Assembly (NCBI GenBank): GCA_017458765.1
Contig: JAFSZZ010000110.1
Location: forward strand, 1-61,150
Length of the DNA: 61,150 nucleotides
Source: Lachnospiraceae bacterium
GTDB taxonomy: Bacteria; Bacillota; Clostridia; Lachnospirales; Lachnospiraceae
Direction: 5' to 3'
The position numbers and the translations under genes were made by a program. Under the pieces are notes generated by a model that had not been told where the DNA came from, made no database searches, and saw only the letters and a program-made list of their open reading frames with translations. Within the stretch, counting starts at the first letter, position 1; every line of letters starts with the position of its first letter. Of the stretch, positions 37,480-45,081 are shown one piece after another.

Positions 37480-38706
37480 CTACCAGATAAGGTCTTTTGC
37501 ATGCATGGGCCACGAATTGATCCTTATACTTGAGATCTTCCCGTCCCTGACCCGCACGACCCTGTTGGCCATTTTAGCGATCTCCACATTGTGGGTAACC
37601 ATGACAACGGTAGTTATTTTTTCGCTGATAAGCTTCTCTATAAGTTCAAGGACCTCCTGGCCGGTAGAAAAGTCAAGAGCTGCCGTTGGCTCGTCTGCAA
37701 GTATTATGCGGGGTCTTTTAACGATCGCCCTTGCGATGGAAACCCTCTGCTGCTGACCGCCGCTCATCATGGACGGATAGTTGTTTGCTCTGTCCGAAAG
37801 CCCCACCATGTCAATAGCTTCCTTTGAGCTTCCCGAATTTTTACACAGCTCCGCGATAAACTGCACATTTTCCAGCGCCGTCAGATTGGGCATAAGATTG
37901 TATGCCTGGAAGATAAATCCTATGGAATCGCGCCGGAAATCCACCAGCTCCTTGTCGCTTGGGTGGGAAAAATCTTTTCCGTCAACGGATATAGAGCCGC
38001 CTGTCGGGCTGTCCATTCCGCCAATAATATTGAGCAGTGTTGACTTTCCGCATCCGCTCTCGCCCAGAATGACCAGAAGCTCGTTTTCATATATATCCAG
38101 ATCTATCCCCTTTAGGATATGTATGACATCAAGACCTGAGGGATAATCCTTTGTTATGCTCCGAAGGGACATTATTGCCTTTTTGTTAACATCCGGCGCA
38201 TAGCTGTATCCCTTCTCATCCATAAGAAGGGAAGCCAATCCGGCAAAAGAATGAATAAGTGATATATCATCTTCCGAATACCTCTCGTTCTCAGGTCTGT
38301 TAAAGATCTCCACACAGCCGATCACTTCTTTCCGAAGCTGCATTGGCATAAACAAAAGATTCTTAACCTCGATCCCCGTTATCTCATCCTTGCCTGCGGG
38401 AAATCTGTCATCCCCGGATGTATCGTAGATCACTGCGGGCTCAAAGCTGTTACAGGCTGCTCCTACAAGTCCCTGACCGTATTCGATGGAAAATCCCGTA
38501 ATGTCTGTTTCTCCGATCGACAGGATACTGTAGATGCGCCCTGAATCACGGTTTTTAAGCCACATTGCTCCCGCTTCGGCATGCATTTCCTTCATAAGAG
38601 TCTCCATAGCATCGGAAATGTTGCTTTCCAGGGCCACCCCCGGATCACCCTCCAAAAGCTGCATTATTTTGTATAATATCCGGATGTTTTCTTGTTTAAA
38701 TGCCAT
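37480..38706 (-). CDS. ABC transporter ATP-binding protein (MacB/LolD type) with an N-terminal GAF domain
   Basis: aa 1-170 are GAF-like (...GQGLVGAACNSFEPAVIYDTSGDDRF...VIGCVEIFNR). Then Walker A GESGCGKST, signature MSGGQQQRVSIARA and Walker B ILADEPT. GGAGGAG RBS. Confidence 0.85.
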   Translation of the reverse strand: MAFKQENIRILYKIMQLLEGDPGVALESNISDAMETLMKEMHAEAGAMWLKNRDSGRIYSILSIGETDITGFSIEYGQGLVGAACNSFEPAVIYDTSGDDRFPAGKDEITGIEVKNLLFMPMQLRKEVIGCVEIFNRPENERYSEDDISLIHSFAGLASLLMDEKGYSYAPDVNKKAIMSLRSITKDYPSGLDVIHILKGIDLDIYENELLVILGESGCGKSTLLNIIGGMDSPTGGSISVDGKDFSHPSDKELVDFRRDSIGFIFQAYNLMPNLTALENVQFIAELCKNSGSSKEAIDMVGLSDRANNYPSMMSGGQQQRVSIARAIVKRPRIILADEPTAALDFSTGQEVLELIEKLISEKITTVVMVTHNVEIAKMANRVVRVRDGKISSIRINSWPMHAKDLIW

Positions 38707-38718
38707 GATCTCCTCCGT

Positions 38719-41700
38719 TTAATACTTATTGATATCCGTAAGCGGAACCTTATTTACCTTCCTGAATGCGATAAAGTTAATGATGACGGAAAACAGGACA
38801 TTTATCATAACCGATGCCGTCCATGCAAGAATAAACGGCCGGCGCACAAACATAAATGCATCTGTTTCAATATTTTTGATAATGATACCGGTGACGGGCA
38901 TGCCAACTGCCAGTGCAGTCACAATAGCCAGAAGACCGGTAAGGATCACTTCTCTTGCAAGATAACCGATGACCTGTGAGTTATAAAATCCGTTCACACG
39001 CATTGTAAGAAGCTCTCTCATCCTGTGAGCCACAAGAATATTGCTTAAGTTCAGCAGGATCATGAACGACAGCATGATCGAGAAGAGGATAACTATGACG
39101 ACCACGGAATTATAGACACTGACTACCGCGAGATTACGATCCCTCAGATTACTGGTCAGTTCCGCCGAGGAAACGCCCGGAAGCTCTGCCAGCCGGTTCC
39201 TTAAGGCCGCGGCATCGGCGCCGGTACCGTTGATCTTGATATAATAGGTATTGTATACAGGGGCTGTTCCAAGCTGTTTCATGTAATAATCCTTAGTCAT
39301 TATCATGGTCTTACCGGCATAGAGCATGAATATCCCCTTTACGGAAACCTCCGAATAAGTCAGTTCCCCACTGACAAGACTGACTGTACTGCCCACGGAA
39401 AGACTGTTTTTATCCTCCATTTCCCTGGTCACAAGAACACCGTCATCAAAGACATTTATTTCTTTCCCTTTGGGGTCTTTCAGTACATAAAATCTTCCAA
39501 ACTCATCCTTGTCATCTACACAGATCATGCTTGTGAGAACCTGCGAGCCTCCCTCGGATATCACTCCCGCGGTAATGGGCAGATAAAGCGTGTCGTAAGG
39601 AGCCAGCTCCTGCTTTATCACTTCTTTTTCTTCATCCGTTATTGTTCCGGATTCCGTTAACGTCAGGTCAAATTGCCAGATGTTATGCATCTGTCTTGCC
39701 AGAGCCCCTTCATAGGCAAGCTTTATATCAATTCCGAAACCGACAAGAAATACACACATGACGATTGTGACCACAGAAACGATCTCCCGTCCTATGTCCG
39801 TGAACAGATTGTTGATTATAAGATTCAGATAAATACTCTTTGAAAGCGATCTGCCGGCCTTTTTCCTGTATCTTGCGACCGGTTCGTTTCCGCTTATCAA
39901 TCCTACAGCCGAGCATCTTATGTATCTGTGGCATGACCAGAGAACAGCAATTACGGTTATCATCACTTCAAGTGAAGGCAGAAGTATTATCATGAAGATA
40001 TTATGTCCTGTATTGTCAAGCGGGAAGGCAAGATTGTTTTTCATTGTGTTGATAAGAAATCTCTCTATGACAAAAGCTCCCCCGATACCCGTGAGCGCAC
40101 CGATAAGAGCGGCGGATACACCAAAGACAAGGTACTTTCTCATGATCTCGGATTCGTACATTCCGAAAGCCTTGCAGGTTCCGATCTGGGCTTTCTGTTC
40201 CTCTATGATAATAGTCATGGTGAAAAAACATACTATCGCTATTATCGATGCATATAAAGGAGTAAAGGCTCCGAAGAAGCCCTCCAGTGATGATATGAAC
40301 GACTTGGTCTGGACATACGGAAAGTTGACATCCCTTGTCTGGACTATGGAATTAAGCGGTGAGTTCCGTACTTCATCAAGCTGTGTCTTAAGCTCCGAAA
40401 GCTTCTCGCCGGATTCCTTTTTGGCATCTTCATATTTCCGGTTGGCATCAGCCAGTTTATTCTTGCCATCTGCTTTCCCGGCGGCATATTCATCCTTTGC
40501 CTTTTTAAGCTCATCCTCAAGCTCCTTAAGAGTTGCTTCACCCTCTTTTGTTTTTTCCTCAAGCTGCGCTCTTGCATCCGCAAGCTTTCTTGCACCGTCG
40601 GCCTTTTTTTCCTCAAATTCTTTTCTTGCGTCCTCAAGCTGCTTTTGCGCTTCCGCTTCCTTGCTGTCAAATTCGGCCTGAGCATCCTCAAGCTGTTTTT
40701 TTCCTTCTTTGTAAGTGCTCCATCCCTCATCAAGTTTCTTTCTGGCTTCATTAAGCTGTTCTTTTCCGAGTTCATACTTGTTCCTGTAATCCTCAAGCTG
40801 TTTTTCCCCGTCCTCTATTTTGGCGAGCAGGGTTCTGAAGTCAGATATTCTCACTACATCTTCAAATTCCTTCAATTTTTCACGGTTAATGGTCCTTGTC
40901 AGTTCATCATAAATGTCCAGCACGGCATAGCATCTTGAAACAGTATCTTTTCCCTTGCAATTCTCAAGCCGGTATATGAGTTCCTCTATTTTGGAGCTGA
41001 TCGGGTCTGATAATATAATATCATCATCCGGTTCTGTCAGCTCGTCTGTTATGAGTTCATCATTTAACAGCTCCGGAGTGTCATCTTTAGTTACATCATC
41101 CACCGGATCCTCGCCGGATTCTATAGTCAGATCATCCCACGTCTTCCTTTCGACTTCGATATCCCCACTTAAGACTTCGATATCTTTATTTTCCGGAAGC
41201 GCTTCCGTGATTTCAATGATCTCCGTGTCAGCCGGATCGATCATATCCCTCGTTTGTGAAAGAGTAGAGGATATTTTTTTAAGTATGCCGATCATTTGGT
41301 CTATCCTTAAAGCGTTTACCTTACCGTTTATCTGACTTAAGGCACTTTCATACAACTCAAGACCCTTATCCAGCTCTTCCTTTCCCTGCGCAAGCTTCCG
41401 TTCTCCCTCACTGTATTCGGCCTCTTTTTCGTTAAGTGTTTTTTCGCCCTGCTCAAGCTCCTTATAGCCCTCGGCCAGCTCTTCTTTAGCTTTGGCCAGC
41501 TCTTCTTCCATCTGTTTTTTTGCATCTGCAAGCTGCTTTTCTCCATCTTCTGACAGGGTATTGTATTCTTTTTCGCCTTCTTCTATTTTTCTTTCGGCTT
41601 CGGCAAGCTCCTCCTCTCCCTGGGCTCTTAATTCGTTCAGTTTTTTTTCTCCGTCCTCTATCTGTTTCTTTGCATCGGCCAGGGTGTCATTATATTGTGC

Positions 41701-42528
41701 CGTTGCTTCATCAAGCTCACTTTTTCCTTTCTCAAGCTCCTCATCCACCCTGTGCTCCGCGTTTTCATATTCTTTATCGAGCTCCTCATTAAGCGAAACG
41801 CTCCTGACCTCCAGCATGGAATCGGCTTCACTCTCAAGAACCTCTTTTATCTTGCCGCTTAACGATTTGTAAGCACTCTTAAAGGTATTTCCCGTAATAT
41901 CGGCATCCACAAGAATATTGGAATAGTCAAAAGACAGCCCGGAGGTGTCAAAGCATGACAACGGAATAACGATATAATCTGTATCTATGTTGACCATATA
42001 GTCGGGGTGCGAAGCCACTCCCGTTATCCTGAATCTGTTATTTGACAGGATCCCTTCAAACCTTGTTGCCGAGATGTTTATCTCGATTTCGTCGCCTGTC
42101 TTTGCTCCGAGCTTGCCAAGGGCACTGTAAGAAACAGCGCATTCATCAGGCGCTGACGGAAGTGCCCCCTGCGTTACGGTGGGGACACTGATCCTGTCGG
42201 TTATTGAGATCAGAGTTATTCCCGTGCTGTTCTCTCCCTTGGTAGCGATCCCCGCTACACTGATCTGACCTTCGGCGTCATTTATATGCTCAAGGTTCTT
42301 AACCCGTTCGATCTCGTCCTCTTTGATACCGATATTACTCGATATATCGAAGTCCTTGAAATTCTGTCCTGTAATATAAGCATTGCCGGCTTTTGTTACG
42401 GTGGCCGAACCAAAATAAAGTCCGAGTATAAGGGTTGTCCCGATGAAGACTATCGTAACAATGGACAGCCAGGATACTATTCTTTTTCCGATATTGCGCA
42501 GTGCGTCTTTAAGCCATATTTTTCGCAT
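38719..42528 (-). CDS. FtsX/MacB-type ABC permease (two FtsX modules) with a ~490-aa coiled-coil insert in the first extracytoplasmic domain
   Basis: MRKIWLKDALRNIGKR N-terminus, 2 x (TM + extracytoplasmic domain + 3 TM). aa ~240-730 are E/K/A/L-rich heptads interrupted by an acidic segment. Confidence 0.8.
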   Translation of the reverse strand: MRKIWLKDALRNIGKRIVSWLSIVTIVFIGTTLILGLYFGSATVTKAGNAYITGQNFKDFDISSNIGIKEDEIERVKNLEHINDAEGQISVAGIATKGENSTGITLISITDRISVPTVTQGALPSAPDECAVSYSALGKLGAKTGDEIEINISATRFEGILSNNRFRITGVASHPDYMVNIDTDYIVIPLSCFDTSGLSFDYSNILVDADITGNTFKSAYKSLSGKIKEVLESEADSMLEVRSVSLNEELDKEYENAEHRVDEELEKGKSELDEATAQYNDTLADAKKQIEDGEKKLNELRAQGEEELAEAERKIEEGEKEYNTLSEDGEKQLADAKKQMEEELAKAKEELAEGYKELEQGEKTLNEKEAEYSEGERKLAQGKEELDKGLELYESALSQINGKVNALRIDQMIGILKKISSTLSQTRDMIDPADTEIIEITEALPENKDIEVLSGDIEVERKTWDDLTIESGEDPVDDVTKDDTPELLNDELITDELTEPDDDIILSDPISSKIEELIYRLENCKGKDTVSRCYAVLDIYDELTRTINREKLKEFEDVVRISDFRTLLAKIEDGEKQLEDYRNKYELGKEQLNEARKKLDEGWSTYKEGKKQLEDAQAEFDSKEAEAQKQLEDARKEFEEKKADGARKLADARAQLEEKTKEGEATLKELEDELKKAKDEYAAGKADGKNKLADANRKYEDAKKESGEKLSELKTQLDEVRNSPLNSIVQTRDVNFPYVQTKSFISSLEGFFGAFTPLYASIIAIVCFFTMTIIIEEQKAQIGTCKAFGMYESEIMRKYLVFGVSAALIGALTGIGGAFVIERFLINTMKNNLAFPLDNTGHNIFMIILLPSLEVMITVIAVLWSCHRYIRCSAVGLISGNEPVARYRKKAGRSLSKSIYLNLIINNLFTDIGREIVSVVTIVMCVFLVGFGIDIKLAYEGALARQMHNIWQFDLTLTESGTITDEEKEVIKQELAPYDTLYLPITAGVISEGGSQVLTSMICVDDKDEFGRFYVLKDPKGKEINVFDDGVLVTREMEDKNSLSVGSTVSLVSGELTYSEVSVKGIFMLYAGKTMIMTKDYYMKQLGTAPVYNTYYIKINGTGADAAALRNRLAELPGVSSAELTSNLRDRNLAVVSVYNSVVVIVILFSIMLSFMILLNLSNILVAHRMRELLTMRVNGFYNSQVIGYLAREVILTGLLAIVTALAVGMPVTGIIIKNIETDAFMFVRRPFILAWTASVMINVLFSVIINFIAFRKVNKVPLTDINKY

Positions 42529-42566
42529 CTGAGATGATCAATCGATTAATTTAAGATTATTGTAAC

Positions 42567-42621
42567 GTAACTATTCAGAACAGGTAATGTCATAAGGTTA
42601 TGTGCTGTTCTGAATAGTTAC
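42567..42621. repeat. 55-bp mini-palindrome made of the two family-A terminal inverted repeats
   Basis: gtaactattcagaacag-21 nt-ctgttctgaatagttac. The same ends occur in the 14305-14558 element. Confidence 0.8.
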
Positions 42622-42691
42622 ATAATATCACATTTTTGGCCGTAAGTGGCAATTGGATATAGTACAAAATTTTTAAGACGAAAATTTTTAA

Positions 42692-42723
42692 GAATCCCGA
42701 ATTTCTGATGAAATTAACTATTC
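42692..42723. repeat. Family C palindrome, second copy
   Basis: gaatcccgaatttctgatgaaattaactattc; its reverse complement matches 34788-34819 at 29/32. Confidence 0.8.
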
Positions 42724-42792
42724 TGTAGCTAAGATGATAAAAATGCGATATAATCTCAGAAGACTGATTTTCTGGTTTGGGGAAGACATTTA

Positions 42793-43530
42793 GTGAAACA
42801 TCCTGTATATCTTATAATAAAAAAAATCGCATCCCTTCTAACACCGGTATATAAAACAGAGGGGACGGATGATCTTCCTGAGGGTCCTAAAGTTTTTGTC
42901 GGCAACCACTCTCAGGCCTATGGTCCCATTGCCGCAGAACTGTATTTTCCGGGAGAGCATTACATCTGGTGCATCAGTGATATGATGGAAAAAGACAAGG
43001 TGGCTGATTATGCCTACAGGGACTTCTGGTCACAAAAGCCGGCTTATTTAAGACCTTTTTACAGGCTGCTTTCATATATGCTTCCCGGGATTTCAAGGAT
43101 TGTTTTTACAAATGCCGGAACAATACCGGTATATCGTGATACCCGTATCCTGAAAACCTTTCAGCTTTCCTGTGACAGGCTTAATGAGGGAGCTTCGGTT
43201 GTCATTTTTCCCGAAGAATATACAGAGTATAATAATATCGTACACAGATTCCAAAGAGGCTTTGTCCGTATCGGCAGGTATTTCTACAGGCAGACCGGGA
43301 AGTGTATCCCGTTTGTACCCGTTTATGTTTGCCCTAAGCTTGGGAGGCTTGTTTTTGGTAAGCCGGTACTCTATTCACCTGACAACGCTATGGATGCTGA
43401 GGCCGAAAGGATATGCTCATACCTTCAGGACAGTATTTCGGAGCTTGCTTATAAAATGCAAAGACACCATGTGGTGCCATATCCGAATGTCTCAAGAAAG
43501 GATTATCCGCTTAACGAGAGAATTAAATGA
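42793..43530 (+). CDS. PlsC/LPLAT-family acyltransferase (variant motif)
   Basis: VGNHSQAYGP (an NH box without the canonical Asp) and VIFPEEYT (an FPEGT-like box). GTG start with GGGGAAG upstream. Confidence 0.55.
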   Translation: MKHPVYLIIKKIASLLTPVYKTEGTDDLPEGPKVFVGNHSQAYGPIAAELYFPGEHYIWCISDMMEKDKVADYAYRDFWSQKPAYLRPFYRLLSYMLPGISRIVFTNAGTIPVYRDTRILKTFQLSCDRLNEGASVVIFPEEYTEYNNIVHRFQRGFVRIGRYFYRQTGKCIPFVPVYVCPKLGRLVFGKPVLYSPDNAMDAEAERICSYLQDSISELAYKMQRHHVVPYPNVSRKDYPLNERIK

Positions 43531-44207
43531 AAACACCAGTTATTGATTACAAAAAATTACGTTTGACGAATATTGCAGGCAGGGAATACCGTCATCTGCT
43601 GCTGCTCATCGGGTGGCCTGTATATTTTTTCATGTACTTTGTTACGGAAAGGCTCATACCGGAAAGCAGATGCCATGTTGTTCACAGTGTTATCGATGAT
43701 CTCATCCCATTTAATGAATATTTTGTACTGTTCTATGTTTCATGGTACTTTTTTATGGTTTGGTCACTGCTTGTTTTTATGCTTTATGATATAAAGAGCT
43801 TCGTAAAAGCTCAGAGTCTGATAGTCGGTATGCAGATAACAGCGGTTGCCACATATATCATATGGCCCTCGGTACATTATCTGAGACCGGATCATTTTGA
43901 ACATTCCAATCTCTGCACATGGCTTTTGGGGGTCATTTATTCAAGTGATACTCCGACGGGAGTATGTCCTTCGCTCCATGTGGGTTATACACTGGCAATA
44001 CTGTCGGCATGGTATAAGGCAGGGGATGTTAAGCTGTCAAAAAAAGCATTTGTAACGGTCTGGGCATTGCTTATATGTATTTCGGTATGCTTTGTTAAGC
44101 AGCATTCCTTTACGGATGTATGGGCGGCACTGGTTTTATATCTATTTCTTGAAATGATTACACTATTTGGGAGGAAATTGAAAATTGGGAAAACGCAGAC
44201 TGGGTGA
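43527..44207 (+). CDS. PAP2_C / sphingomyelin-synthase-like membrane phosphotransferase
   Basis: 6 TM. Motifs CPSLHVGYT and KQHSFTDVWAAL correspond to the SGH and H..D boxes of the PAP2 superfamily. ATGA overlap with the upstream gene. Confidence 0.6.
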   Translation: MKTPVIDYKKLRLTNIAGREYRHLLLLIGWPVYFFMYFVTERLIPESRCHVVHSVIDDLIPFNEYFVLFYVSWYFFMVWSLLVFMLYDIKSFVKAQSLIVGMQITAVATYIIWPSVHYLRPDHFEHSNLCTWLLGVIYSSDTPTGVCPSLHVGYTLAILSAWYKAGDVKLSKKAFVTVWALLICISVCFVKQHSFTDVWAALVLYLFLEMITLFGRKLKIGKTQTG

Positions 44208-45036
44208 CAGAAATGACGCTACGCTTATCAGGGATATTGATGCCATGCATTATATAATGCCGCTTATCATGCCAAACAGGTGTGATAATGAGGCACATAT
44301 GAAGCTTTCCGTAGATATCTCATTAACCGAGAAATATGTCAGGGAATACAATAGAAATCACCCTGATCAGTGGATATCCGTTTTTGATATCGTAATAGCC
44401 GCAGCGCTTAAAATGATAAGGCTGAGGCCGCATGCCAACCGCTTTATCACAAATAACAATATTTATCAGAGAAACAATATTTCAGCCGCCTTTACCGTAA
44501 AAAAAGACTTCCGGGACGATGGTGATGAAACGCTTGCAAGGATCGAGGTTGACGATAACGATGATCTTGAGAGCATAATACAAAAAGTCAGGAGCAGGAT
44601 AGCCCTGTGCAAGATTCAGGACGATGAGGCTACCGATGCCATGAATCTCATTAAGAAGATCCCCGGTAAGCACATTGTCGGCATGATCGCAAGATTTCTG
44701 GACCGGCACGGATGGATGCCACAGTCCATTATTTCGGGAGATCCTTACCAGTCCTCGGTAGTTCTTGCCAATCTGGGTTCTTTGGGTATGGATATCGGAT
44801 ATCACCATCTGATAAACTGGGGTACTACCTCTTTATTCATAATCGTGGGCTCAAAGAAAAACAGGAACCGGTTAAACAAGGACGGAACCGTTACCACAAA
44901 AAGAGAGCTGGATCTTGCCTTCACTATAGACGAAAGAATATCCGACGGCTTCTACTACGCCCGTTCATTGAGACTGATAAAAACACTGATAGAAAACCCG
45001 AAGCTTTTGGAAGGTCCCCTTTCCAGGGAACTGTAG
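44185..45036 (+). CDS. Stand-alone 2-oxoacid dehydrogenase E2 / CAT-like acyltransferase catalytic-domain protein
   Basis: C-terminal FTIDERISDGFYYARSL aligns to the E2 DHRxxDG box but with Glu in place of His. 23-nt overlap with the upstream gene. Confidence 0.5.
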   Translation: MGKRRLGDRNDATLIRDIDAMHYIMPLIMPNRCDNEAHMKLSVDISLTEKYVREYNRNHPDQWISVFDIVIAAALKMIRLRPHANRFITNNNIYQRNNISAAFTVKKDFRDDGDETLARIEVDDNDDLESIIQKVRSRIALCKIQDDEATDAMNLIKKIPGKHIVGMIARFLDRHGWMPQSIISGDPYQSSVVLANLGSLGMDIGYHHLINWGTTSLFIIVGSKKNRNRLNKDGTVTTKRELDLAFTIDERISDGFYYARSLRLIKTLIENPKLLEGPLSREL

Positions 45037-45067
45037 CGAAATGACCGGGTAATTCCGCTGCAGTTCC
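45027..45067. terminator. Bidirectional terminator between the convergent lipid operon and gltB
   Basis: 12-bp stem ggaactgtagcg / cgctgcagttcc (1 mismatch). Contains the stop codon of the + gene. Confidence 0.55.
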
Positions 45068-45081
45068 TAAATCACCTCAGA

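Noticed and set aside
42567-42621. Family-A repeat ends (AACTATTCAGAACAG) as CodY boxes or LexA boxes
   Set aside because: There are only ~10/15 matches to AATTTTCWGAAAATT. The GAAC...GTTC halves are 26 nt or more apart instead of 4. Copies also occur downstream of genes, which fits a mobile repeat better than an operator.
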